Part shown: positions 26,223-40,868 of the stretch, one piece after another | Numbering within the stretch: position 1 is the stretch's first letter | How the letters are laid out: each line of letters begins with the position of its first letter | Source: Octopus vulgaris | Taxonomy: Eukaryota | Reading direction: 5' to 3' | Length of the DNA stretch: 64,000 nt | NCBI GenBank assembly: GCA_951406725.2 | Contig: OX597830.1 | Location: 17,794,001 to 17,858,000, forward strand | Notes under the pieces: generated by a model | The model's input: the letters and a program-made list of their open reading frames with translations, nothing else | Told to the model about the DNA's origin: nothing | The model's database searches: none | Translations under genes and position numbers: made by a program

Positions 26223-26311
<89 letters not shown>

Positions 26312-26355
26312 TAGATAGATAGAGAGACAGACAGACAGACAGATATAAATACATA

Positions 26356-26511
26356 GGCTTAGCTGCGTAGTAAGTAGTTTGCTTCCCAGTCACATGATTC
26401 CGGATTCAATCCGACTACGTGGTACCTTGGCAAGTATCTTCTACTATAACCTCAGGCCAACTGAAACTTTGTGAGTGGATTTGGTGGACGGAAACTAAAA
26501 GACGCCCGTAG

Positions 26512-26547
<36 letters not shown>

Positions 26548-26677
26548 TGTGTCTTCGTATCTTTGTTTGTCCCTCCTACACCGCTTGACAACCAGTGTTA
26601 GTGCGGTGACACTGATAGAATAAGTACTGGGTCGATTTGATCGACTAAAAACCTTTCAAGGTGGTGCTCCAGCATGG
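26356..26677 (+). mobile_element. SINE family A, 3' end replaced by a Penelope-like fragment
   Basis: Head through gtggtgctccagcatgg, then an abrupt switch to GIY-YIG coding sequence. Confidence 0.75.
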
Positions 26678-26678
26678 A

Positions 26679-27094
26679 GTGTTCACATTTAAAACCAACT
26701 TCACTTGTGCCTCTGAGAATCTAATTTATGTAATAACCTGCTCGGGTTGTGGACATCACTATATAGGACAGATGAGTATGACATTGAGACGAAGAACCAC
26801 GCTACATAAAGAGCATATCCGGTTCCCGCAATACATACAGATTCCTTTAAGTGAACACATAGATAGATGTGAAGATAACATCAAATCATATTTCACAGTT
26901 TTCCCCTTCTACCAGTGCAAAGATATAGTTCCTTTACAAGAACGTTCAAATAAAGAAAATTTATTCCTCGAAAAATACAGAACGTGTCTAAATATGCACG
27001 CATAACTAACTTTGATCTCTATACATATTTTAATTGACGATTACATACTCATCACTGTCCATATTTCTCCCCACTACTCTAATTTTTGAATTTT

Positions 27095-27152
<58 letters not shown>

Positions 27153-27340
27153 ACTGAAAGATGAACAATTATCTCCCCTGTTCACAATAATAACGATAAC
27201 CAATTACCTCTCCTTAGATTTTTCTACTTCTTGAATCATTCATTTAAAGAGTCCACACACAAAATGGACAAAAACATTTTTCTTTAGAAAATCAATTTTA
27301 ATGTCATGATTGGCGAAAGTGAAACAGGTCGACAAACACA
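26679..27340 (+). mobile_element. Penelope-like element 3' fragment: GIY-YIG endonuclease domain plus decayed hammerhead
   Basis: FTCASENLIYVITCSGCGHHYIGQ...LRRRTTLHKEHI...EH....LN (LIY...YIG motif with Cys pair), open to the stop at 27005. A degenerate tgtc-atgattg-gcgaaagt-GAAA-cagg-TC-gaca motif lies at 27302-27334. Confidence 0.85.
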
Positions 27341-27472
27341 ATATTAGATGTATTAAAAATTATACCCAAACATATTAAAACTATGTAAAGTGTGTGCGTT
27401 TTCCTTCCTTAATTTCTTATACATATTAAAACTCACCACGTGAGGATAATCGAAATTCCTCTCGTTCTATTA

Positions 27473-27525
<53 letters not shown>

Positions 27526-27564
27526 TACATACATATACATACATATACACATACATATATATAC

Positions 27565-27602
<38 letters not shown>

Positions 27603-27652
27603 ACATACATACATATATATATATATGTGTGTGTGTGTGTGCGCGCGCATGT

Positions 27653-27699
<47 letters not shown>

Positions 27700-28149
27700 T
27701 TGTCAAGGCTCGGGCTACGTGGTTGAGTCATCGAGCTCTTTCAGATATTAATTACTTTAATTAGATGAATTAAAGATTGTACTGCTTGGGTTTACGTGCA
27801 TCCATCTACTAGTACCAGTACCACCACCGCCGCCACCACCACCACTACAACTACTACTACTACTACACGCACACACACATGTACATAAAAGAAAAAGCGA
27901 GAAGGGGAAGGAGAGAGGGTGAGAAGGAGAGGGAAAAAACATGCATTAATCAGAGATATATATTGAAAGATATTTCTATTTTCTGTGCGACTGGCATCGC
28001 GTTAAAAGTTTCACGCCAAATATCCATTGGAATGCTTTTCTGCTTGACCAGCAAACACCCTCACCGATATATCACCACACAACACACGGTTATAAGTATT
28101 CATGTCTCCAGATAAATAAACAACTGTAGGGAATACAGGTGGCAGATGA

Positions 28150-28480
28150 GATGGGTTGTAGGTAGAGGAGAATGGAAGGCAGACAGATGGGAGAAGAAGG
28201 ATGTAGATAGCAGATGGAGAAGAGTAAGGAGAAGAAAGTGTATAGGGGAGAGTAAGGAGAAGTGAGTGTATGGAGGAGAGTAAGAAGAGAGTTATAGAGG
28301 AGAGTAAGGAGAAGAGAGTGTATAGAGGAGAGTAAGGATAAAAGAGTGAATAGGGGAGAGTAAGGAGAAGTGAGTGTATGGAGGAGAGTAAGAAGAGTGT
28401 AAGGCGAAGATTATGGAAAAGTGAGTGTATAGAGGAGAGTAAGGAGAAGAGAGTGGGTGGTAGAGAGATGGGAGGAGACA
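28150..28480. repeat. Purine-rich minisatellite, ~26-28-bp unit GGAGAGTAAGGAGAAG(T/A)GAGTGTATAGA
   Basis: About eight degenerate tandem units. Confidence 0.85.
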
Positions 28481-28667
28481 GATGAGAAAAAAAATAGCAA
28501 GATCGCGTCAAGACAAAAACTATAAATGCTATAAATATTAGAATGTCACGAAGGACATTATTATTTTGGTCTTCGTTTGTTTGTTTGTTGTTTCTGTTTT
28601 CTTTTGGCGCTGTTTGTTTTTGCCTGTCTAGGCATTTACCTGTGTGAGTGTAGATATATATATATAA

Positions 28668-28699
<32 letters not shown>

Positions 28700-28935
28700 T
28701 GTTGGTTTATATCTAAGTGTAAAAGTTTGCACTAAGTCATATCTATAAAAGTAAGCGTTTATATACATACAGTACATGCACACATCATTTATATATATGT
28801 ATATATATACTTAAGTTAGATAGGTTTCGGCCAGTATATGCCCATGCCTAACTTAATAGCACTATATATATATATTTAACACATATATATATGTATATAT
28901 ATATACATACATACATACATACATATATATATGTA

Positions 28936-29010
<75 letters not shown>

Positions 29011-29021
29011 ATGTATGTATG

Positions 29022-29061
<40 letters not shown>

Positions 29062-29123
29062 GGTCCCGGGTTGATTCGGGGTTAACCACAGTAAATAAGG
29101 TACTCAATACATAGCAGAGTAAA

Positions 29124-29245
29124 ATTAATTTATTATATAGAAGGAGCTTCTACAGGACTAGAATTGTTTCATTCAAGAGAAATCTTAGATTTCTCTTGAA
29201 TGAAACAGTTCTAGTCCTGTAGAAGCTCCTTCTATATAATAAATT

Positions 29246-29248
<3 letters not shown>
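29124..29248. repeat. Near-perfect palindrome, 61-bp arms with a 3-nt loop
   Basis: The arm sequence matches the hammerhead-bearing repeat at 49938-49997 but lacks the CTGATG half of the core. Confidence 0.9.
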
Positions 29249-29319
<71 letters not shown>

Positions 29320-29359
29320 CTATGTTGAGTCAAACAGGAAAATAGAACTCAAAATATGA

Positions 29360-29399
<40 letters not shown>

Positions 29400-29559
29400 G
29401 AAAAGTGGTTAAGAGTCCATGCAAATAAAAAATTATAGTTACAAATGTAAATAAAGTTGGAAAAGCCACAAAAGAATATTTCAGAGAATGTTTAATATTT
29501 TTGTATCAAATATTTTTTTTAAATGTTTTAGGAAACCAAAGAGAAAAATAATTTGGGGT

Positions 29560-30050
29560 TAACAGTTTCTACCCTTAGGCAATTATTAACAGGCACAACC
29601 TAAGGGTCTCCTTTAGTTGTGCACTTAGCGTAAAACAAACCATTTTAATAAGTACCCACAGTACAAGGGAGGAGGCGGGTTGTTACAGGGTATATAATAA
29701 CTGTCCAGTAGGAGGCCGATGCGAATCTGAAGGAGTCCTCTATGACAGACCTGCTATCCGCATTACCGGCAATGTACCTTCTAACAGCAATATTTGCAGA
29801 TTAACCTGATCTCACACCATTACAATAGCCACACCCGGAGATGATATGCTAAGACTTAAATCCCGATTCTGAGCGTTTCTTCACGTTCACGACGTAGAAA
29901 ATTAAAAATTTTGTCTTTGTATAGAGTCTAACAAGCTATCCACAAGGCTTTGGCTTTCTCGATACGAACCAACCATTGGTCATTCTATGCCCCAAATTAA
30001 AATTTTTGTTGTAATAATTACTGCTCTATTCCTTAATAATATATGTTTTA
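29560..30050 (+). mobile_element. Decayed Penelope-like GIY-YIG fragment between (TA)n tracts
   Basis: NNCPVGGRCESEGVLY near 29695-29745 resembles the CPxxGxCxxxxVIY start of Penelope-like endonucleases; downstream frames are broken. Confidence 0.45.
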
Positions 30051-30057
30051 TTAACTT

Positions 30058-30121
<64 letters not shown>

Positions 30122-30132
30122 GTACGTATATA

Positions 30133-30211
<79 letters not shown>

Positions 30212-30237
30212 GTATATATGTATATATATATAGAGAG

Positions 30238-30347
<110 letters not shown>

Positions 30348-31554
30348 CACATTTTCTGCATATACTTCCATTCCGCCCACGCACTGCCATATTCTCAAAC
30401 AATAATTATATTCTTACACATACCCCCTTCTGCATAAAGAAATCCCACAGACACACATACACTATTATATTCTAGCACATTCTCACGCATGCTTTCACAT
30501 TACTATTCTGACATACACATCCACAAACATTTCCACACACATTAATTCATACATTCTGGCTTACACACACACACACACACACACGCGCGCGCACACACAC
30601 AAACGCATTTTATGTAAACACGCATACACATGTAGCCGCTACCCCTGTGCTTTCCATTTATTTTGGTATCTCATTGGGGAAATACGCGGAATGACATTTA
30701 ATGAGGACACATCTGACACTACCCAGCCAATATATGACCCGGTTTCGATCCCAACTTGAGGCAATTCGGATCGAAGTTTATTTAATTACGCCTATCGGCC
30801 AGTTTAATCGATATCGATCACATTGACAAACAATTCAATCAGTATGATGCTGGACGATTTTCCAGTTAATGATAAAGAAGAGGGTGGAAAGCGGTGTGGG
30901 GTGCGTGGGTCCATCGACTGACCATAACAACGCCAGCGATAGCCGCTGCTGTCAATAATGGTTTCTGTTTTAGACTCAATCAAGCAATTCCAAGTTGAGG
31001 GGTTAGTAAATGCCATCGATCCCACTACTCGGCTAGTATTTTTATTGACCCCGAAGAATGAAAGACAAAATCGACCTTGATGTGATTTGAACCTACAAGC
31101 TGAAGCACTGGAAGAAATACTGCTTGGTATTTTGTCCGACGCGCTAACAACTCTCCCAGTTGCGCCCATCCACACAGCTACATGCAAAAATTCTAATTTT
31201 GGCACAAGGTCACAAATTTGAAGTGAGGGGACAAGTCTGTGTAATCGACATTATTACTTAACTGGTCCTTTATTGACCCCGAAAAAAGGAAAAGCAAAGA
31301 TGACCAGGGTGGCATTTGAACTCGGGCCGTAAAATGTCCGAACAAATGCCAATAGTATTCTGGCAGCTGCCTGCCATACAGCTACTAACAACAATAACAG
31401 CACAGCGGCATCAACGACGACAACAACAGCAACAACTTATTCTATCGATCACTTTTGCTGAAATCGCTAAGATATGGGAACGTAAGCAAACCAACACCGG
31501 TTGTCAAGCAGTGATGGAGGACATATACAAACACATGTATACGAAAGGTTAAAT

Positions 31555-31614
31555 CAGTGTTTCTCAAAGGGGAAGCTTATCGGATGGTCGGACAAGTTGT
31601 TTTGAGAAAATTTG
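31555..31614. mobile_element. 60-bp hAT-type remnant
   Basis: CAGTGTTTCTCAAA...TTTGAGAAAATTTG; flanks ggttaaat/gtttaaat. Confidence 0.5.
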
Positions 31615-31670
31615 GTTTAAATGTTTGACAACTCAGCACCATCCATTGGAGTGGGGCGACGTTTTGCTCG

Positions 31671-31704
<34 letters not shown>

Positions 31705-32111
31705 CGTGCGCACAACAGTTTCCACACATAAGGTTTCCGTCCACCAAATTAATTCACAAAGCATTGATGAACCCTGGGCTTCAGCAGAAGACACTCGCCC
31801 CAAATGTCACTCAGTGGAACACAACCCGAAATCACGTGGTTGCAAGGTAAACTTCTAAACAACACGGCCACTTACTTTGTAGCAGAAAGACGCCAAAGTA
31901 GAAACAACAACAAAACCACATTATTTTTTTGCAGTTTGATGTCGAAAATGAAACTCTTCCGTTTTTCCAAGAAAGCTTTCTTGACGTAGTGTGACTGAAT
32001 ACATACCTTACCAGACTTAACATCCAACCCCAATCTGGCCCTTGGGTATCTTTAGAAGAGCGTGTTCCATAGCAAACATTCGAATCAGATTTGTGGCACA
32101 GAGATTAACGT

Positions 32112-32678
32112 TAATCTTTGTTCGGAAAGTTCGTGCCGATTTTTAAAGGAAAGAAAAAGGTCAATAAACACTTACCATTACATTTTTAATCAACCAAATA
32201 TGAACCATTTTGTTGCACAGTGCGTCTCCATCTTTCCTTTAACTTGAAAATATCCTCTTCCCAAAATTTAGGTGGTTTCATGGCAAAGAATTCATCAAGG
32301 TATCTTTTTACGTCATCCAAGGAATTGAAATTTTTACCATTAAGACTATTCTGCAGAGACGTGAATAAGTGGAAATCCCAAGGAGGAATATCTGATGAAT
32401 ATGGAGGGTGGGGTAACACATCCCAGCCGAGCTGCAGCAATTTTTGTCTGGTTCCCAAAGCATCAAGTGCCGAAAATGAACTTTCTTATCTTCCATTTTA
32501 AAGGGTTACAGAATTAACACAGGTTATAGGAACATAAACCTTCTTCCACGAAAATATAGCTTAAACTGTGCTCTAAATGGAGGTGTAGTCAAATCCTATT
32601 TTATGGACTCAACCGTGTTCTAAAATAAGTCGAAATAAGCTACTATAAATCGGCACGAACTTTCCGGACAACCCAATA
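32112..32678 (-). mobile_element. Internally deleted mariner element
   Basis: TIR ttgt(c/t)cggaaagttcgtgccgattt at both ends with TA at the right end. N-terminus MEDKKVHFRHLML is fused to a C-terminus WDVLPHPPYSSDIPPWDFHLF (YSPDLAP-D motif) ...KLKERW...NGSY. Confidence 0.92.
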
Positions 32679-32949
32679 CTTTTTCACAGACAAAACTATA
32701 AAGAAAAGTCGTTTCTAAGTGTACCATTCTACTTGCAACTTAACCTCTAGACCAACCAAGGGTCTTTTTTAAAACAGTATGTTGTTGGAATGCTATATTA
32801 ATCAATTAATCTATTTATTTGTTTGCTTATCTATCTGTTCATTTTCTGACGTGGGGTCAGAAGATTCGCGTCTATCTAAATACTTGAAACGATTTTTATA
32901 GCCTCAGAAATTACACATACATACATACATACATACATACATACATACA

Positions 32950-33013
<64 letters not shown>

Positions 33014-33030
33014 CATATATATATATATGC

Positions 33031-33132
<102 letters not shown>

Positions 33133-33193
33133 TTATATATAAAGAGAGAGAGAAGCATATGCATACACGCAGGCATACACACACACTACACAC

Positions 33194-33233
<40 letters not shown>

Positions 33234-33277
33234 ATATGTATGTATGTATATGAGTGTATAAATATATGCGTGGGTGT

Positions 33278-33327
<50 letters not shown>

Positions 33328-33367
33328 CGCCAATGAAATCTCGACGTTTATCTAATTATACATCAAC

Positions 33368-33422
<55 letters not shown>

Positions 33423-33813
33423 TTGAAACCTATACATAAAGTATGCTACTTATAGTAATTATTCATACAATTGTCAATATTCATTATTATTTATTATCAA
33501 ACATTAAACTCTATAAACAATTTAAAGGAACATTAATAGTGAAAAGATGGTGGAGTAATTTCCAGTAATAAACCAGTATAGCTTCCTGTGTTTTTATAGA
33601 AATATAAATCTATAGCAATCAATCCTAATGTTTCACTTACCTTCAAATGAAAAAAAATAAAGGGCAAAAACATCTGTTGTTTATTTTATGTATCTTATAC
33701 ATTAAAGATTATTAGCATAAAAGGATTTCTACGCAAACATACACACACAAACAAGCACATATACACAGATACAGATATAAGCATACGTACGCACGCACGC
33801 ATATACGCACACA

Positions 33814-33887
<74 letters not shown>

Positions 33888-33954
33888 CATATACATATAC
33901 ATATACATATATCTATATCTATCTATATATATATATATATATATGCCTTTTATA

Positions 33955-34380
33955 TTTCTTTTTATCTTGTACTTGTTTCAGTCATTGGATTGCGGCTAAG
34001 CTGGGGCACCGCCTTAATGGGTTTAGTCGAACAAATCAAACCCAATATTTATTTTTCGTTTTTAAGACCAGTGCTTAAAGACCAGCCGATAAGATATGGG
34101 GATGTAAACAGACCGACACCGGTTGTCAGACGATGGTGGGAGTGACAAAGCTACACACACATACATTGAAACATACATACCTATGTGTGCGTGTATGTAT
34201 GTGCGTGCGTGTGTGCGCGCACTCATACACACACAGATAAACAAGACGGGCATCAAAATAGTGTTTGTTTACCAAATACACTCACAAGGCCTTGATCGAC
34301 TCGGGCACAAAAGTAGAAGGTACTTGCTCAAGATGCGGTGCAGAGAGAATGAGCCCTAAACCGAATGGTTGCAATGCTAG
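33955..34380 (-). mobile_element. SINE family A, degenerate
   Basis: Diverged halves. Further degenerate copies near 4320-4520, 31440-31860, 35895-36060, 47491-47645, 50010-50160, 50690-51100. Confidence 0.65.
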
Positions 34381-34529
34381 TGCATTGGTTGGTCAGAGGC
34401 CAAAACAATGCAAAATGACATATAGGATTGAGTACAGAGGTAAAGAAGACAGAACGACAATTTCCATTTTATAATTTCTAATTTTCCGAGCCGATCGTCT
34501 ATCGTCATGAGAAAATGGAGAATGGCATG

Positions 34530-36446
34530 GAGCGTCAGAAAGGCAAGAGTCACGTAATCACCTTCAGTAGCTTACGACTGTTTCTGCTACAAGGAGCAGT
34601 GCATTCAGAACTGAGTGACTGTATAACATCCTATAGCTAAGCTGGAGAAATTAACTTCATTTTAATATCTCAAAGATATCATTATATATCTCAAAGATAT
34701 CATTAAGACAAATAGCTGTAAGTTAATGAAAGTGGTCACGTTAATCCTGTTCTTTTGTGATTCATTAATGTATGTATGTATGTATGTATGTATGTATGTA
34801 TGCATGTTGCTCTATCGGTGCTCCTGGTCTATTGATATTTGGCTTTCTCTGAAGTGCCTCCTTGTATCTTTCTCTTATGTAACTATGTGTGTGTATCTGT
34901 GTAAGTCGAGTATACGGGAGTAGGTCAGGACACGAGCAGACAACTACTGGTGTGAACTTTTCGTTGTTGTCTGTTGGTCGATTTCTACACAGCAATCTTC
35001 TGAAGGAGGGACCGGAGATCATTACGTGTATGTTCAGCATCTCTCTATAGATCGTCCAGTAGATTGCAGTAGTGACTCAGTCATTAACTGAAACAGCTGT
35101 AAGTTAATAAGTTAATTAAGGCGATTACATTACTCCTATTCTTTTGCCATTTATATATCATCGAAATATGGCAGTTTCAGGAACTACATGCTACCTCTTG
35201 AATGTGAACGTTCATTTGGTATGTCTTGACACGCTGACGTTTGACGAAAGCTATTGGATAGTTTTTATTTAGTAGAACGTTTTGAAATCACAGTATGCTG
35301 ACGGCTTTATCTGCCGCCTCATCAGATCTGTTGCGTAACGGGGACATTTCGTTTGTAAGTAGGCGATGTTGGCTCTAGCGGTTTAACACAATCATTTGAT
35401 ATAGCGTATACTTTTATTAAAGTTCACGATATTGCAAGCATTTGTCCATAGCCGCTAATTGAGGATGAATGGTGCCTTCCCAATACGGTCTCTGAAAGAC
35501 CTTCAAATATATACATTTATATATATAAAATTTAAAATGAGGGTAAAAACTTGAATATTAATTTGATTGATATCAATTTAAAACCAGTGGTCTAGCATAT
35601 TAAAATCTGAAGATTCAGAAAATTATATTACGTACATATATATATATATATAAGATGGGTGACCACAACGTGGACAACTCTTATGCTAGAAGTAGATCCG
35701 CTGTGGTCTTACCACTAAGAAATGTTCTCAAGAAAATTCACGATTACGTTCTGGCGTTTGCTGAATTTTCTTGAGAACATTTCTTAATGGTAAGACCATA
35801 GCGGATCTTCTTCTAGCATAAGGGCTGTTCCACATTGTGGTCATCTCTCTGATATATATATATATGTAACATTTAGATATATTTTATAAGACTGAAACAT
35901 TATATCGGTTGCTTTTGCCGAACCGGCAAGTTTCGGGAATGTAAACACACCAACACCGGTTGTTACGTGGCGGTGGAAAACAAACATAGACAAAGACAAA
36001 CACGCCCACACAGACAGACACACACACACACACACACGCGCACACACACGCACGTACACACATAAATTGATGAGCGCCAGAAAGGCAAGAGTTACGTAAT
36101 CACCTTCAGTAGCTTACGACTGTTTCTGCTACAAGGAGCAGTGCATTCAGAACTGAATGACTGTATAACATCCTATAGCTAAGCTGGAGAAATTAACTTC
36201 ATTTTAATAACTCCAAGGAGATATAATTAAGATAAATAGCTGTAAGTTAATGAAAGTGGTCATGTTAATCCTGTTCTTTTGTGATTCATTAATGTATGTA
36301 TGTATGTATGTATGTATGTATGTATGTGTGTATGTATGTATGTATGTTGCTCTATTGGTGCTCCTAGTCTATTGATATTTGGCTTTCTCTGAAGTGCCTC
36401 CTTGCATCTTTCTCTTATGTAACTATGTGTGTGTATCTGTGTAAGT
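34530..36446 (+). repeat. ~375-bp direct repeat pair (34530-34905 and 36072-36446)
   Basis: Near-identical blocks starting gagcg(t/c)cagaaaggcaagag and ending gtgtatctgtgtaagt, each with internal (ATGT)n. Confidence 0.88.
35660..35843. repeat. Inverted repeat with ~81-bp arms and 21-nt loop, between TA tracts
   Basis: 35660-35740 pairs with 35762-35843 with few mismatches. Confidence 0.88.
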
Positions 36447-36576
36447 GCTTGTTTTCAGGGTGATGCTACAGCATGGCCGTTACTCAATGACTGAATCAAA
36501 TGAATGTAGATGAAGAATAAACATACATTTATATGTCTGTGTGCGCGCGCATGTGCGTGCGTGTGTGTGTGTATAC

Positions 36577-36636
<60 letters not shown>

Positions 36637-36652
36637 GTGTGGGTATATATAT

Positions 36653-36706
<54 letters not shown>

Positions 36707-36728
36707 GTGTGGGTATATATATACACAC

Positions 36729-36760
<32 letters not shown>

Positions 36761-36997
36761 TCACACACACACAAATGCACACTTTACGTATACAAATAAA
36801 CACCTCAGTTACAGTGCTGTAAAAATTGTAATTAAGAAGGATAAAATTTTAAGATCACAAAAAGCCAATAAATTAGCGAGAAAGAAATACGATTTCCTTT
36901 TCTTTTGATTAATTGTTTGTCATTTTTTAGCTGAACACTGCAGGGGTTACAACGAACGTGTCAGCTGATTGTTAAACTTCCATTAATACAAGCCAAT

Positions 36998-37063
<66 letters not shown>

Positions 37064-39063
37064 ATTTCTTTGTTGTTTTTTTATAGCATTTAGAATACAT
37101 AATATTCATGTGTTAAGTATTTAGTCTCTCGTATAATTTTCTTTCACTCGGTTGATGTAATCTTATAAATATTAGCAAAGGAAAGAGCGGGATCGTGTGA
37201 CAAAAGGGGATGTATATTTGGTTGACACCGGCTCATGCTGGTGAGGTGAACCAAAGAGTTAAGTGAATTTGATGAATGAGATGGTATAGCGTAATTGGGG
37301 ATGGGGTGTTTCTGTTACTTGTGGGAGGTTATGGGGGCGTCAGAAATAAGTTTTGGTGCTTATGAAGTCACAGAAGTCTAAGAGAGCCGTAGCGATAAGA
37401 CTACTACTACTACTACTACTACTGTTGTTGTTGTTGTTGCCATTTAGTTTCGAGTTAGGCATGATCGAGCAGTCCGATGATGCAGGGATGTCCAGCTATG
37501 CTATTTTCTTTTACATACATAATATTTCTAGGACTACGTGATTTAGTGTTTTCTTTTCCTTTTTTAAGACGGTTGGCTGTGATGACCTGATGAAGATTTA
37601 GTTGCTATTTCTAGGAGTTGAAGCAACCACATAGAAGTTCCTTCTTTGGTTCGAGGTACTTTAAGATCACATATTTGCTAACGGGAAAGTTTAGATGTTC
37701 TTATGTAAATTTTTACAAACATAGTAAAATTTGATAGACGGAATCCCAACCGGAAGGATATTCCTTTTCGCGGTTGGGGTAGAACCATGAGGATCTGAGG
37801 GAGATTTAGCCTCTATGTCTAGGAGTTGAAGCAACCACGTAGAGATTCTTACTTTGGTTCGAGGTGCTTTAAGATTACAAAATTACTGGGAGGAAATTTT
37901 GAATTTTGTTACGTTCATGCCTCCACCAAGTTTACGATTCCCTTTATATAAACGGAAACTGTATGGAAGCCCGTTCAAGAAACTTCTTTTTCATGGCTGG
38001 TAGACTTAATCCATCACCCAGTTTCAAACCGCAACCAGGCCTTTTGGTGCTTTTAGCAGGATCCGTTTTCTTACTCCGATCTGTAGATAATCTCTTTATC
38101 TCCCACCAATCTCAAAAGAGATATAGACACTGCGCCTCCCATCCTGACTAAGGGAATAAACTAATAAGAATTGATAATGTTATATGACTTCAGCCAAAAA
38201 TGAAAGCTGTGATGCGAACTTGGTTTGCTAAAAGATCTATAAACGTCCTTCCTATTTATGATTCATTTGACGGTTCCATATTTAGACGATAAATATGCAT
38301 TACAAATGGAAATGAACAATGTAGGTTGGTTAGGATTCCCATAATTCATTTCAGTAAATGCTATAAGAAGAAAAGAAGTGAGGTGGTGGGGGGTAAGAAT
38401 TTATTTCTGCAAATTAGCAAGGGAACGTATTTGGAAATATCAATTTCCAATAGATATTTGTGGGAACCCAAAATATTTATCAGTTTCTTAGCTTTGTGCT
38501 ACCAATTTCACAATTAGAAAAGAGTGATGAAGAAACAAATATAGCTGGATATTACGTATGTAAGCAGCAGTAACAAGTGACGAACATTCCTAGGGGAAGA
38601 AATGCGACGGAGAAACAAAACTAAAAACAAAAAAAAAAACCTCTTATAATGAATATTTGCCCAAAATGGTTAAAGTTCATGCAATCTTATCTTGAAGCTA
38701 GAACTTTTGCAATCTGAAAGAAAATAAGCTGACAGTTTCCGGCAAATATTGCCATATTAACGAAACAAGTTGAGTGTTCCGTTTTAGGAACGCAGCTGAT
38801 CTGAATGAGAGAGTGACCCGGGATCTGGCATATTTTTGTAACGTTCACTTTCCCTACAAATCAATCTAACATGATCATTCTGATATACAAGTCAATTAAA
38901 TATATACGATATGTAATTGTGTGCATGTGCTTCTGTTTATATATGTGTGTTCGTATATGTGCATGTGTATATATGTGTATGTGTATATATGTGCATGTAT
39001 ATATATATATGTGTGTTCGTATATGTGCATGTGTATATATGTGTATGTGTATATATGTGCATG

Positions 39064-39096
<33 letters not shown>

Positions 39097-39117
39097 CATA
39101 TATATATATACATATAC

Positions 39118-39166
<49 letters not shown>

Positions 39167-39343
39167 TGTATATATATATATGCACACATATATATATACA
39201 TATATGTGTGTGTGTGTGTGTGTGCACGCGCATGTGTATAACCATGTATATACGCACATATTGATAAATAGAAAGACAGAAAGGTAGATAGATAGAGAGA
39301 CAGACAGGCAGGCAGGCAGACAGACAGACAGACAGACAGACAT

Positions 39344-39406
<63 letters not shown>

Positions 39407-40129
39407 TCGAGAAAAAGAGTTAGAAAGAGAGAGAGAGAGGGAAGCAAAGACAGAGAAGGGTCAAAGGGAGAAAGACATACACAGTCACTCTCACCCCTGT
39501 TTGCTAAAGATCAATAGAATGTGAACACAGCAAAAACATAAATTCCTTTATTGATGTTTCGGTCATTACTGTTCGTGTTGTTGTTCGTGTTGAAAATGAT
39601 GATGATGGTGTTGCAACTGTTGTTGTTGTAGGTGCTGGTTGTGGTGATATATTGATGTTGTTGTTTTTGTAGTTTCTCCTTCTGACGTCAATAATAAGTT
39701 TAATCAGCAAACTGCATCTAGAATGTTCTTCTGGTCTTCTGATGGGTTGTTTGACCCTGTTTGAACTTCCATATTGTTTTCATCTGTCGAAAATGAAAAC
39801 GAAAGGAAAAAAGAAAGAAAGAAAGAGAGGATGGATTTTTGGGGGGGGGGTGTTGTTTATACATCAGTGTTAAAGCTATACTACACGAAATAAATTCTTT
39901 CTGTTTCCAAAAATATTTCATCCAAAAAAAAAAAAAATGAAAAGCTGATAGGAAGAAACGAAATCATATAACCTTTAGTGATGTTCCTGATGATCCTATT
40001 TACTGTTTCTGCTGTTGCTGTTGCTGTTGAGCGAACGGTCTTCGTCCCAGAGCTCGCAAGATGGGAGAAGTCCGAAACGTGGTCCTTTGCTATTCGTTTG
40101 ACCCGCAGAAGAGAAAGCAGGTCAACCCC

Positions 40130-40868
40130 TCCGACACCGAGAGCATCGACGGATGGATGAATGCGTATCCAGGCTCAGCGGTTGCGTAGGAAGTCGGGGA
40201 CAAGAAGCAGGAAGAAAGAGTGAGAGAAAGTTGGGGCGAAAGAGTACAACAGGGGTCGCCACCACCCCCTGCTGGAGCCTCGTGGAGCTTTAGGTATTTT
40301 CGCTCAATAAACACACACAACGCCCGGTCTGGGAATCGAAACCTCCCCAACCATTGTGCCATTGCGCCTCCACTTGCTGCTGCTGTTGTTGTTTAGCACC
40401 GGCTTAGCCCTGACCAGGCTAACCTATGATCAAGTACATTATTATTTTATTTGTTTTAAACATTGTGTATCTAGGATTATATTTTTCAATGTGTCAGTCG
40501 CTTCTCAGGACATTCCAGTCGTGACCATCCAACCACTTTCTCCTTTTATAAATAGAACACTCCGTCTGTTACGACGGCGAGGTTCCCAGCTGATACGATC
40601 AACGGAACAGCCTGCTCTTGAAATTAACGTGCAAGTGACTGAGCAATCCATAGACAAGCATACTCCTAACGTAGTTCTCAGGGCGATTCAGCGTGACACA
40701 GAGTGTGACAAGGCCGGCCCTTTTAAATACAGGTACAACTCACTTTAGCCAGCTGAGTGGACTGGAGCAACGTGAAATAAAGTGTCTTGCTCAAGGACAC
40801 AACGCGTCGCCGGGAATCGAACTCACGACCTTACAATCGAGAGCCGAATGCCCTAACCACTAAACCAC
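40130..40868 (-). mobile_element. Two SINE family C-related copies (~40130-40370 and ~40555-40862)
   Basis: Shared head and tail modules with 60606-60992. The second copy is flanked by an imperfect aaccacttt(t)ctccttttat duplication. Related copies near 7720-7982, 17375-17580, 57640-57910. Confidence 0.75.
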
